From Bacteroidetes bacterium CG2_30_32_10 (lineage in GTDB: Bacteria > Bacteroidota > Bacteroidia > Bacteroidales > CG2-30-32-10), in assembly GCA_001872995.1 (NCBI GenBank), contig MNXO01000026.1, forward strand, positions 1-38,236: DNA of 38,236 nucleotides, in the 5' to 3' direction. The first letter of the stretch is position 1. Each line of letters begins with the position of its first letter. Positions 23,415 through 32,579 of this stretch are shown piece after piece. Made by a program: the position numbers and the translations under genes. The notes beneath the pieces were generated by a model. That model was not told the DNA's origin. It worked only from the letters and a program-made list of their open reading frames with translations, and searched no databases.

Positions 23415-26288
23415 TCAAAATAATAACTTCTTTAAAAATTTAGCTGTGTAACTTTCTTTATGTGTGCATATTTGCTCAGGTGTTCCTTTGCAAAGAATCG
23501 TTCCACCTTCGTCTCCACCTTCTAAACCCATATCAATGATATAATCTGCAACTTTAATAACATCCATGTTGTGTTCAACTATAAGGATAGTGTTTCCTTT
23601 ATTTACTAGTTTGTTTAAAACCTTAAGTAAAATACTAATATCCTCAAAGTGCAATCCTGTAGTAGGTTCGTCTAACAGATAAAATGTGTTGCCTGTATCG
23701 CGTTTAGATAGTTCGGTTGCTAATTTCACGCGTTGTGCTTCACCTCCTGAAAGAGTGGTAGAGTTTTGTCCAAGTGTTATGTAACCCAATCCTACTTCGT
23801 GCATTGTTTTTAGCTTTTGCACAATTGCTGGGATACTTTCAAAAAAATCAAGTGCATGGTCAATACTCATATTGAGCACATCATTAATAGATTTTCCTTT
23901 AAAACGTATCTCTAATGTTTCTCTATTATATCTTTTTCCGTTGCAAGTTTCACATTCAACATAAACATCGGGCAAAAAATTCATTTCAATAGTTCTTACA
24001 CCTGCTCCTTGGCATGTTTCGCATCTGCCTCCTTTAACATTAAAAGAAAATCTGCCTGCTTGATAACCTCTGATTTTGGATTCGGGAATTTGAGTGTATA
24101 ATTTACGTATTTCATCCCAAACTCCTATGTATGTAGCTGGGTTTGAGCGTGGGGTTCTTCCGATTGGTGATTGGTTTATTTCAATCACTTTGTCAACGTT
24201 AGCTATTCCTTCAATGCGTTGATATGATAATGGTTTTTTATCTGATTTATAGAAATATTGGCTTAAAATTGGATATAATGTTTCGTTAATTAAAGATGAT
24301 TTACCACTTCCAGAAACGCCTGTAACACATATCATTAATCCAAGCGGGAAATCAACGTCAATGTGTTTTAAATTGTTTCCTGAAGCCCCTTTTAGTTTTA
24401 TGTAGTTCCCATTTCCAGGTCTTCTTTTGGTAGGGATATTAATTCCCTTTTCTCCTCTTAAATATTGTGCAGTAATTGTATTCGCTTGTTTTATTTTGTC
24501 GGGAGTACCTATTGCATCTATTTTTCCTCCTAATAAACCAGCGCCAGGACCAATATCAACAATATAATCGGCTGCTAACATCATATCTCGGTCATGTTCC
24601 ACTACAATGACTGAATTACCTATATCTCTGAGATTTTTTAAGGAATTAATCAAACGGAAGTTGTCTCTTTGGTGCAAGCCAATACTTGGTTCATCCAAAA
24701 TATACAAAACGCCAACTAATTGAGAACCTATTTGTGTTGCAAGTCTTATTCGTTGTGCTTCACCACCAGAGAGCGATTTGGAAGATCTATTTAATGTTAA
24801 ATAATTAAGCCCTACTTCAAGTAGAAAATTTATTCGTGTTTTAATTTCTCTGAGAATTTCTTTTGATATTGTTTTTTTACGCTCATCAATATTGTTTTCA
24901 ATTTCTGAAAACCATTGATATAGCTTTGTTATTCCAATATTTGAGAGGTCAGAAATATTTTTATCATTTATTTTAAAAAAAAGAGATTCTTTTCTTAGTC
25001 TATTTCCATTGCATTCAGGGCATATTGATTCATTCATAAATCCATAAGCCCACTTTTTAATGGAGTTTGAATTAGCTTCATTAAATTGATTGGTTATAAA
25101 ACTTATAATTCCTTCAAAGCTTAATGAGTAAATCATGGATGAATGTTGTTGCTTTACTTTTAATACTTCTTCGGAGCCATATAATATAACATTTATTGCT
25201 TCATCTGGAATGTCTTCTATTGGACTATCTAGATTAAAATCATATTTTTCTCCTATTGCCTTTAATTGACTGAATATCCAGGAGTCTTTATATTTCCCAA
25301 CAGGGACAATGCCTCCTTGCCTAATGCTTAGTGATTTGTTAGGAATTATTTTGTTAATATCCATTTCTGTTATTGTTCCTAGTCCATTGCATTTTTTGCA
25401 AGCACCATAAGGTGAATTGAATGAGAATGAGTTTGGTTCTGGCTCTTGGTATGAAATGCCCGTAGTGGGGCACATTAAAAACTTACTAAAATGACGAATT
25501 GTTTCTTTTTCGGGTTCTAATATAATAATTTCGCCTTTGCCATATTTCATAGCCAACCTAACTGAATCGACCAATCGTTGTTTAACATCGGTATGAACAG
25601 TGATATTATCAATAGCAATTTCAATATTATGGATTTTATACCTATCAAGGTGGAATCCGAAAGTAATTTCTTTTAATATTCCATCAACCCTGACTTTTAT
25701 AAAACCTTGTTTTCGGATTTGTTCAAATAACTCTCTATAATGACCTTTTCTTCCACTAATAACTGGTGCTAGAATATTAATTTTTTTTCCTTGATAACTT
25801 TGCAAAATCAAATCAATTATTTGTGCATCAGAATATTTAATCATCTTTTCGCCTGTATTGTATGAATAGGCATCCGCTATTTTGGCATATAGCAGACGGA
25901 TGAAATCGTAAATCTCAGTAATAGTACCCACAGTAGAACGTGGATTCTTGTTTGTTGTTTTTTGTTCGATAGAAATTACTGGACTTAAGCCTGTTATCTT
26001 ATCGACATCAGGGCGTTCCATATTTCCAATAAATTGACGGGCGTATGCAGAGAATGTTTCCATATACCTACGTTGTCCTTCATTGTATATGGTGTCAAAT
26101 GCGAGAGAAGATTTTCCGCTACCGCTCAATCCGGTAATAACTACAAGCTTGTTTCTTGGAATAACAGCATCGATATTTTTAAGATTATGAACCCTTGCAC
26201 CATATATTTCAAGATTATTTTCGTAATTTGTAGTATTACTTTCGTGTTCAATACAATTAATCTTACTTTCTTCTAATTTTTCCTTCAT
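23415..26288 (-). CDS. uvrA: excinuclease ABC subunit A
   Basis: 957 aa. Two Walker A motifs (GLSGSGKSS, GVSGSGKSS), two signatures (LSGGEAQRIRLA, LSGGEAQRVKLA) and zinc modules (CKKCNGLG, CPECNGNR, CETCQGAG...CETCNGKRY). Confidence 0.96.
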   Translation of the reverse strand: MKEKLEESKINCIEHESNTTNYENNLEIYGARVHNLKNIDAVIPRNKLVVITGLSGSGKSSLAFDTIYNEGQRRYMETFSAYARQFIGNMERPDVDKITGLSPVISIEQKTTNKNPRSTVGTITEIYDFIRLLYAKIADAYSYNTGEKMIKYSDAQIIDLILQSYQGKKINILAPVISGRKGHYRELFEQIRKQGFIKVRVDGILKEITFGFHLDRYKIHNIEIAIDNITVHTDVKQRLVDSVRLAMKYGKGEIIILEPEKETIRHFSKFLMCPTTGISYQEPEPNSFSFNSPYGACKKCNGLGTITEMDINKIIPNKSLSIRQGGIVPVGKYKDSWIFSQLKAIGEKYDFNLDSPIEDIPDEAINVILYGSEEVLKVKQQHSSMIYSLSFEGIISFITNQFNEANSNSIKKWAYGFMNESICPECNGNRLRKESLFFKINDKNISDLSNIGITKLYQWFSEIENNIDERKKTISKEILREIKTRINFLLEVGLNYLTLNRSSKSLSGGEAQRIRLATQIGSQLVGVLYILDEPSIGLHQRDNFRLINSLKNLRDIGNSVIVVEHDRDMMLAADYIVDIGPGAGLLGGKIDAIGTPDKIKQANTITAQYLRGEKGINIPTKRRPGNGNYIKLKGASGNNLKHIDVDFPLGLMICVTGVSGSGKSSLINETLYPILSQYFYKSDKKPLSYQRIEGIANVDKVIEINQSPIGRTPRSNPATYIGVWDEIRKLYTQIPESKIRGYQAGRFSFNVKGGRCETCQGAGVRTIEMNFLPDVYVECETCNGKRYNRETLEIRFKGKSINDVLNMSIDHALDFFESIPAIVQKLKTMHEVGLGYITLGQNSTTLSGGEAQRVKLATELSKRDTGNTFYLLDEPTTGLHFEDISILLKVLNKLVNKGNTILIVEHNMDVIKVADYIIDMGLEGGDEGGTILCKGTPEQICTHKESYTAKFLKKLLF

Positions 26289-26310
26289 TTAAGCCTGATA
26301 TTATCCTTCT

Positions 26311-27309
26311 TTATTTTTTTGTTTTGGCGCTGTCATCTATTAAATAAACTTGTTCACTGTTGTTTTTAAGCAAATCGTTATAGTTTAGCGAGTCAATCTT
26401 AGGTATTATAAATTTATAGCTTTTCCCCTCTTTATTTGTCAATGTGTTTGAAATTAACCATGGATTAAAGTCTTTTATTAATTTATAATTGAGATTGTAA
26501 TATTTTGAAAAACTAACTAAATCAGTAATACTTGAATCTACAATTACCGAATAGGTAGGAATTATTGGATATAAATCTTTGTTTCTAAAATAAAAACCAT
26601 AAGATTTAGGATTGTTAAGCAATGTTTTAATAGCCATGATTCTAAATACATACCTGGCTGTTTCTTCATTTAAAAATAAGTCGTAATAGGAAGTTACTTG
26701 TTGGTTTTTTAATTCTGTGTTTAATGCACCAATTCCTATGTTGTATGAAGCAGCAACTAAAGTCCAGTTTTTGTATATTTTATAGGTGTCTTTAAAATAA
26801 GTACAAGCTGCTTCTGTTGATTTTTCGAGATTATATCTTTCATCTACCTCATCATTAATTTCTAATCCATAACTTTTAGCGGTAGGTTTCATAAACTGCC
26901 AGAAACCTGCGGCTCCTGCAGGAGATTTAACATTCATAAAACCGCTTTCAATGATAGATATATATTTTAAATCATCGGGTAAATTGTATTTTCTTAGAAT
27001 TTTTTCTATAGAAGGAAACCAGCGATTTGCACGCTTAAAAAACATTAAAGTTTGCGATTGCCAATAAGTATTGATTAAAATTTCTCTGTCAAAGCTCTCT
27101 CTAACATCGTATCGCTGAATTGGAACAGGTTCTCCAAACAAATTCAATTCTTTAGGCAATTCAATTGCAAATATTTTATAGTATTTACTGTATGCTTCGT
27201 GATATTCTTTGTCGCCAATACCATCATTCTTAACTTTGGAGAATATAAATAGTTTTATAACTGCAAACAAAACCACTATTGATATTACTATTAATATATA
27301 TTTCTTCAT
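26311..27309 (-). CDS. lytic transglycosylase (SLT domain, MltD-like) with a degenerate LysM-like C-terminus
   Basis: N-terminal anchor, then the SLT catalytic region SIIESGFMNVKSPAGAAGFWQFM and YNIG. The C-terminal YSVIVDSSITDLVSFSKYYNLNYKLIKDFNPWL...YKFIIPK follows the LysM pattern loosely. It lies 22 nt upstream of uvrA. Confidence 0.85.
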   Translation of the reverse strand: MKKYILIVISIVVLFAVIKLFIFSKVKNDGIGDKEYHEAYSKYYKIFAIELPKELNLFGEPVPIQRYDVRESFDREILINTYWQSQTLMFFKRANRWFPSIEKILRKYNLPDDLKYISIIESGFMNVKSPAGAAGFWQFMKPTAKSYGLEINDEVDERYNLEKSTEAACTYFKDTYKIYKNWTLVAASYNIGIGALNTELKNQQVTSYYDLFLNEETARYVFRIMAIKTLLNNPKSYGFYFRNKDLYPIIPTYSVIVDSSITDLVSFSKYYNLNYKLIKDFNPWLISNTLTNKEGKSYKFIIPKIDSLNYNDLLKNNSEQVYLIDDSAKTKK

Positions 27310-27379
27310 TTGGCTCTATTTTTTATGAAAATGATGATAAACTTATTGCAATAGTAAGTGAAATTAGGTATATTAATGC

Positions 27380-27415
27380 TAAAAAACCTGTTAGTATTAA
27401 TATAACTAACAGGTT
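27380..27415 (-). terminator. rho-independent terminator downstream of citF
   Basis: An 11-bp stem, AACCTGTTAGT (27385..27395) / ACTAACAGGTT (27405..27415), with a 9-nt loop. The A-run 27381..27386 gives a U-tract on the minus strand. It lies about 20 nt past the citF stop. Confidence 0.75.
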
Positions 27416-27435
27416 AATATGAATAATTGTAACAG

Positions 27436-28995
27436 TTATTTTTCAATTTTCCAAACTGTATCAATTACAGTTCCATCAACCCACTTAATTATTGCAATAA
27501 CTTCATCCGTATGTTTTGGTTTTGCAGGAATTCCACAAATTTTTTCACCTTCATCTTTTAATTGCTGAATTGTTTTAATTGGAAGCGTTGTATTTTTAAG
27601 TTTTTCTAACAAATCAGTTCTTAAAGGGTTAATTGCAATGCCTCTTTCTGTTACAATAACATCTATAAGTTCACCGGGTCCGCATATAGTAGTAACTTCA
27701 TCTTTTACAACGGGGATTCTATCTCTAAATAGTGGAATTGGTAAAATGGTGCATTTTGAAAATAGACAATTTTGCCATCCACCAATTCCATGAAGTAGAT
27801 AACCATCGGAATGTGTTACCACATTGGCATTAAAATTAACATCAACCTCTGTAGCTCCAAGAATAACAACATCTAGCATTGAAGAAAAATTACCTTTACC
27901 ATGATAATTGTAACTTGTAAATGGACTTGTATTGATGTGTCCTGAATTTTCACGCATTGAACGTACACCTTCTAAATCGAAAGTTTGTCCATCAAGAATA
28001 TAATCAGTTAAACCATCTTCTAGCATTTTAACAAGATACTTATTGCTGCCTCCTCTTGCAAATCGAGCTTTAATGCTTTTGTCTTTGCACATTTCAGCAA
28101 AGTAAGTACCAATAGAGAGCGCTGTTCCGCCAGCTCCTGCTTGAAAAGAAAAACCATCATGAACAATTCCTGCTTCTTCGCAGAATTGAGCAGTCATTTC
28201 TGCTAATAAAAGACGATCAGGACTTTTTGTAATCTCTGTTGTTCCTGAAACTATTTTTTCTGGTATTCCTATTTGATCAAGTTTTATAACGTAATCAACA
28301 TTATTGCCGTGTATTTGCCATGGAATACAAGGAAATGGAACGAGATTATCTGTTACAACAAGAACTTTATCTGCATATTGCGAATCGGCTAAAGCAAATC
28401 CCAATAAACCACATGCAGCAGGACCTCTATCGCCTGTTGCATTGCCAAAAGAATCAGCTGTAGGTGCGGCAATAACAGCAATATCGATATGAACATCACC
28501 ATCCTGAACGGCTTGATATCTACCACCATGTGAGCGAAGAACGCCAATTCCTTTCATTTTCCCTTCGGTTGCAAATCGTCCCAAAGCCCCATTCATACTA
28601 CCTTCAATATGATTTATAGTTCCATCTTCTAAATATTTAATTAGTGTTGAATGACATTCAAAAGACGCTGAAGGAAACCAAACGAGATCTTTAATGCCTA
28701 ATTCGTAAGCGATATCAAATATTTGTTGGGCAATTAAGTCTCCATTTCTGAAATGGTGATGGGTAGAGATGGTTATTCCATTACGTAAGCCTGATTTTAT
28801 TAATGCTTCTTTGAGTGATGGAATTAGTTTATTTCCATCGCTAGGATAGTCAGCACAAGTTGAAATTAGAGGGGCGTATTTTCTTCCAGTAGGTCGATAT
28901 TTGCCAACTCCCATATAGGGAACATAGCTTTTTCCGTTTATTTCTGTTGGAACTAACCTGCCTATTGCGTTTTTTACTAAATTATAATTTTTCAT
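27436..28995 (-). CDS. citF: citrate lyase alpha subunit (citrate CoA/ACP-transferase)
   Basis: Collinear with CitF as I remember it, from ISTHHHFRNGD and LRSHGGR through GATEVDVNFNANV to the C-terminal VIAIIKWVDGTVIDTVWKIEK. I prefer the start at Met14 of the track ORF (MKNYNLVKN, ATG 28993..28995). That start overlaps the citDE stop by 14 nt. Confidence 0.92.
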   Translation of the reverse strand: MKNYNLVKNAIGRLVPTEINGKSYVPYMGVGKYRPTGRKYAPLISTCADYPSDGNKLIPSLKEALIKSGLRNGITISTHHHFRNGDLIAQQIFDIAYELGIKDLVWFPSASFECHSTLIKYLEDGTINHIEGSMNGALGRFATEGKMKGIGVLRSHGGRYQAVQDGDVHIDIAVIAAPTADSFGNATGDRGPAACGLLGFALADSQYADKVLVVTDNLVPFPCIPWQIHGNNVDYVIKLDQIGIPEKIVSGTTEITKSPDRLLLAEMTAQFCEEAGIVHDGFSFQAGAGGTALSIGTYFAEMCKDKSIKARFARGGSNKYLVKMLEDGLTDYILDGQTFDLEGVRSMRENSGHINTSPFTSYNYHGKGNFSSMLDVVILGATEVDVNFNANVVTHSDGYLLHGIGGWQNCLFSKCTILPIPLFRDRIPVVKDEVTTICGPGELIDVIVTERGIAINPLRTDLLEKLKNTTLPIKTIQQLKDEGEKICGIPAKPKHTDEVIAIIKWVDGTVIDTVWKIEK

Positions 28996-30205
28996 TTTCA
29001 ATATCTCTCCAATTTTTTGATAATTTACCCACATTAATTGCCATATCTATTAATTTTTGAGCCCTTTTTACAACTGGTGGGTCTATCATTTTAGTGCCTA
29101 GTGATACAACGCCAAGTCCTTTTTCGTTTGCTTCTAAAAAGGCGTTTACTATTTTTTTTGCTTTAGCTATTTCATCAGCGTCTGGAGCAAAATTTTCGTG
29201 AATAACTTTTATTTGCCTTGGATGTATGCAACCCATACCATCAAAACCTAAAGATTTAGACTTTAGAACATTTTGTTTTAATCCCTCCATATTAGCTACA
29301 TCAGAAAACACAGAATCAATAGCTTGAATTCCAGTAGCTTTGCAGGCATTAACAACTTGACATCTAGCAAAGAATGATTCTGTGGCTTCCATAGTTCTTT
29401 TTGTTCCTAAATCAGCAGTATAATCTTCTAAGCCAATTGCCATTGCAACTATATTTTTTGATGATTGAGCTATTTCAAGAGATTTAAGTACTCCTAAGCT
29501 GCTTTCAATAATAGGCATATACCAAACAGGGTAAATATTCCCCTTTTTCTTTTGGATTTCGTTTATTTTATTTTCTACTTGTAATATTTGATTAGCACTT
29601 TCAACTTTAGGGATAAGAATTAGATTAACATTATGAGGAATGATGTAATCAAGGTCTTCTAAACCATTAGGAATTTGATTTATACGCACCATTCTTTCTG
29701 CACCATAAAAATTTAAAGAACGTAAAACATTTCTAACTAAAAATCTGGCTTCGGCTTTTTTTGCTGGTGCAACAGCGTCTTCTAAATCAAGAATAATTCC
29801 ATTTGGCTTGTGAATACCAGCATTTATCATTAAGCTTGGAGTGTTTCCTGGTAAATATAGTCGTGAGATGCGATTTCTATCTTTTGTTGTTTTATATTTA
29901 TTCTCTTCAAGGAATGGAGTTAAGAATTCTTTATCAGTATCAATAAGTTGTATTATTGTTGCTTCTATACGCGCTGCTATAACTAAAGGTAATGCTCCGA
30001 AATCTTCAATAATAACTTTGGCATTAGTAATATTAAAATTAGAAAGGACTTCTTTTGCCAATTTAATTATAGAATCACCATATAGTGCTTTTACTTTACT
30101 TTCTAATTGAATTTCTATGCCAGAATCATTTAATATTTCAATTGATATAAAACAATCTGAGCGTACTCCCTTTCCTTTATTACCTGCTGATGCTATTTTA
30201 TTCAA
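28982..30205 (-). CDS. citDE: fusion of citrate lyase acyl carrier protein (gamma, CitD) and citryl-CoA/ACP lyase (beta, CitE)
   Basis: Residues 1-~95 resemble CitD (ASAGNKGKGVRSDCFISIE with the Ser-Asp prosthetic-group site, ...IIEDFGALPLVIAARIEATI). Residues ~110-407 are collinear with CitE/HpcH-type lyase (RLYLPGNTP, ILDLEDAV, PKVES, MPIIES, IGLEDYTADLG, GFDGMGCIHPRQI, GLGVVSLGTKMIDPPVV). TTG start. No in-frame ATG or GTG lies between the upstream stop and this TTG. Confidence 0.88.
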   Translation of the reverse strand: MNKIASAGNKGKGVRSDCFISIEILNDSGIEIQLESKVKALYGDSIIKLAKEVLSNFNITNAKVIIEDFGALPLVIAARIEATIIQLIDTDKEFLTPFLEENKYKTTKDRNRISRLYLPGNTPSLMINAGIHKPNGIILDLEDAVAPAKKAEARFLVRNVLRSLNFYGAERMVRINQIPNGLEDLDYIIPHNVNLILIPKVESANQILQVENKINEIQKKKGNIYPVWYMPIIESSLGVLKSLEIAQSSKNIVAMAIGLEDYTADLGTKRTMEATESFFARCQVVNACKATGIQAIDSVFSDVANMEGLKQNVLKSKSLGFDGMGCIHPRQIKVIHENFAPDADEIAKAKKIVNAFLEANEKGLGVVSLGTKMIDPPVVKRAQKLIDMAINVGKLSKNWRDIENEKL

Positions 30206-30209
30206 ACCG

Positions 30210-30216
30210 CCTCCTT
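30210..30216 (-). promoter_or_regulatory. canonical Shine-Dalgarno AAGGAGG upstream of the citDE TTG start
   Basis: The reverse complement of 30201..30216 reads AAGGAGGCGGTTTGAA, so AAGGAGG sits 4 nt from the TTG (30203..30205). I found no comparable SD upstream of the other genes I checked here. Confidence 0.5.
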
Positions 30217-30238
30217 GTTTATTTATATATTTTTATAA

Positions 30239-31030
30239 TTATTGATTGGTTAATTTCATTTCTTTAAGATTTTCTGGTAAAAAATTAAAGAAAGTATCTC
30301 CTCTTAATCCTAATCTTAGTGTTTCTAAAGGGATAATTTCGTTAGGAGCAATATTGCCAAGGTTTACATTGGCTCCATATTGTTTAATAAACCAAACTTG
30401 TTGTGTTTTAAGAGGTGCTTCCCATAAAATTTTAGCTTGTGGAATTTTTGATAATAGTTTGTCAATCAAATTGGTATCTACAGTGCCATTTGAATTGTAA
30501 ATGCCCACATTGCCACTTTCTCTTGCTTCTGCTATCAATACTTTTGAACCTGCTTCTAATTCTTTTTCCATCATTGCTATCCATTTATCAGAGCTAAGAA
30601 CGATGCTTGCATCTTTTGCGCCAACTTCCGAAAGGACAAATCGATTTTTAGATAATTCTTTAATGTATGAACATTTTTCTTCATGTTTCATAGACATTGA
30701 GCCATCAGAAACTTCAACGGTATCTATTTGGTATTTATCAAGTAATTTCAAATAATCAGAAAACATATTTCTTACAACGAATGCTTCAAAAAGAGTACCT
30801 CCTAAATAAACCTTTATGTTTGCTTTTTGGTAGGTTCTGATTTTTTCTTCTACTCCACTAACAACGGCAGATGTGCCAAATCCTAATTTGACAAAATCAA
30901 TATATTCATTACTTGCAGAAATAATATTTTCTGCTTCACGTATGCTTAATCCTTTATCCATAACCATTGTCAAACCATTTGTTCTTGGTTTATTTTGTCG
31001 TTCTGGTATATATGGCAATTTAAAATTCAT
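30239..31030 (-). CDS. ComA (phosphosulfolactate synthase, PF02679-like) family protein
   Basis: 263 aa from Met25 of the track ORF (MNFKLPYIPERQNKPRTNGLTMVMDKGL). Collinear with the ComA family as I remember it: IDFVKLGFGTSAV, YLGGTLFE, DTVEVSDGS, VLSEVGAKD. I prefer the ATG at 31028..31030 because the longer version adds only a hydrophobic, low-complexity leader. Confidence 0.85.
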   Translation of the reverse strand: MNFKLPYIPERQNKPRTNGLTMVMDKGLSIREAENIISASNEYIDFVKLGFGTSAVVSGVEEKIRTYQKANIKVYLGGTLFEAFVVRNMFSDYLKLLDKYQIDTVEVSDGSMSMKHEEKCSYIKELSKNRFVLSEVGAKDASIVLSSDKWIAMMEKELEAGSKVLIAEARESGNVGIYNSNGTVDTNLIDKLLSKIPQAKILWEAPLKTQQVWFIKQYGANVNLGNIAPNEIIPLETLRLGLRGDTFFNFLPENLKEMKLTNQ

Positions 31031-31049
31031 ATTCTTTATATTTGTAGTG

Positions 31050-32438
31050 TTATAATAAATCAATAATTTCAGTAATTTTATTACTATCTGGATAATAATC
31101 AAAAAGTTCTTGATGAAGTTCTTTATTTATAGCTATTGCTTGCTCAAAATAAGCTATTGCCTCGTTTAATTTTGAATATTTTAATAATAAGGCTGTTAAT
31201 CTGTAATAAAATGAGGCGTTTTCGGGTTGAATGGTTATTCCTTCTTTTATTATTTCAATAGCTTGAGCAAATTCGTTTGATTTTACATAGATTTCTGCAT
31301 AATCAAGCCAAATGTCTTCGTTTTGCGGAGATAATAGCACCACTTGTTGGTAAGATTTTAGTGCTTCTTTGTATTTTTCAACTTTAAATTGAATATCTCC
31401 AAGTATATACCAAGCTTCAGAATTTTTATCGTCTATATTTATTGCTTTTTCAAGATAATGAATAGCTTGCTTTGTTTTATTTAGCTCATCGCTAATAATG
31501 CCGAGACCAAGATAAGCATCAACAAATTTATCATTAGTTTCTATTGCCCTCAAATAACAATCAAAAGCAGAATCTAAATCATTCATCTTTTCATAACATT
31601 CTCCTATATAGTAATAGGTAATAGCTTCTGGGTCTTCGTATTTAAAAGTTTCTTTATATACTTCAATTGCTTCGTTATATTTTTCAATATTTGCAAGAGC
31701 ATTGGCTTTATTAAAATATGCGGAAGAAAAATCTTCTGTAATGACAAGGCAATAATCATAAGCTTCAATTGCTTTTTCAAATAAACCAGCACTATTATAA
31801 GCATTGGCTAAATTGTACCAAGCAATATCTGAATAAGGGTGTTCTTCTAAAAAAGCATTAAAATATTTAATGTTTTCATCCGATTGTTTTGAAATTTCAA
31901 AACAATAGCCAAGTTCATATAGTGCAGATTCATTATTGGGATTAATAACAAGAGCTTTATTTAAATATTCTATAGCTTTTTCATAATTACAAAGGTTTTC
32001 ATATTCAAATGCTATATTACAATATACTTCATCTAAGTATTCTGCATCGGAAGTAGCCTTATTATACTCTTCAATCGCCTTATTATAATTTTTTAATTGG
32101 CTATAAATGGCTCCTTTAGCTAAAAATATGTCTGAATTTGAAGGGTCAATGTTTTCTACATTAGAAAGCACATTTAGCGCCTTTTCGTTTTTGTTTGAAT
32201 AGGTTAATAATTGTGCTTTCTTTAATAGTAAAGAAGGTGACTGTGGATGTATTTTTAATCCAAGTTTAATGACATTAAGTGCTTGGCTTATATTAAACTC
32301 TTCTAAATAGTAATCGGTAAGGCTTTCAAAATCATCGACATCAAAATATTGACATTGACCCTGAGCTTGCATTCTTTCGAATTTACTAACCAAATCCATT
32401 ACATTGTTATCATTCAATTGGTCTGTATTTTCAAACAT
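31050..32438 (-). CDS. tetratricopeptide (TPR) repeat protein
   Basis: 462 aa with at least 10 consecutive 34-aa TPR units (for example AWYNLANAYNSAGLFEKAIEAYDYCLVI, AYFNKANALANIEKYNEAIEVYKETF). The stop lies 19 nt before the ComA-family start. Confidence 0.85.
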   Translation of the reverse strand: MFENTDQLNDNNVMDLVSKFERMQAQGQCQYFDVDDFESLTDYYLEEFNISQALNVIKLGLKIHPQSPSLLLKKAQLLTYSNKNEKALNVLSNVENIDPSNSDIFLAKGAIYSQLKNYNKAIEEYNKATSDAEYLDEVYCNIAFEYENLCNYEKAIEYLNKALVINPNNESALYELGYCFEISKQSDENIKYFNAFLEEHPYSDIAWYNLANAYNSAGLFEKAIEAYDYCLVITEDFSSAYFNKANALANIEKYNEAIEVYKETFKYEDPEAITYYYIGECYEKMNDLDSAFDCYLRAIETNDKFVDAYLGLGIISDELNKTKQAIHYLEKAINIDDKNSEAWYILGDIQFKVEKYKEALKSYQQVVLLSPQNEDIWLDYAEIYVKSNEFAQAIEIIKEGITIQPENASFYYRLTALLLKYSKLNEAIAYFEQAIAINKELHQELFDYYPDSNKITEIIDLL

Positions 32439-32452
32439 AAAATTAGTTTTTG

Positions 32453-32460
32453 CAAAAATA
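32453..32460 (-). promoter_or_regulatory. candidate -7 promoter box (TATTTTTG) for the TPR-comA-citDE-citF transcription unit
   Basis: The reverse complement of caaaaata matches TAnnTTTG. It lies 15 nt upstream of the ATG at 32438. Confidence 0.4.
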
Positions 32461-32551
32461 ATAAAAATACCTTAAAGTTCATCATATTACTTTTTAACAA
32501 TATTGTTAAGAAAATTTATTAAGTTTTTTAAAGTTTAAAAAATCAAAGAGT

Positions 32552-32559
32552 TAAATTTG
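32552..32559 (+). promoter_or_regulatory. candidate -7 promoter box (TAAATTTG) for glmM
   Basis: Matches TAnnTTTG and lies 21 nt upstream of the ATG at 32580. Confidence 0.45.
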
Positions 32560-32579
32560 TGCCTTAAAAAATTATTATT

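Noticed and set aside
26034-26276. 80-aa plus-strand ORF in the uvrA 5-prime region
   Set aside because: It is an antisense shadow of uvrA.
28996-29034. Longer citF start at 29034 (MWVNYQKIGEILK...)
   Set aside because: It would overlap citDE by 53 nt and add residues with no counterpart in CitF. The ATG at 28995 gives a compact 14-nt overlap and a plausible N-terminus.
31031-31102. Longer ComA-family start at 31102
   Set aside because: It adds a 24-aa Ile/Leu/Lys-rich leader and would overlap the TPR gene 3-prime end by 53 nt. The ATG at 31030 begins just before the conserved region.
28304-31804. ORFs 28304..28492, 29841..30110, 30246..30500, 30501..30755, 30873..31055 and 31604..31804
   Set aside because: They are antisense or alternative-frame shadows within citF, citDE, the ComA-family gene and the TPR gene.
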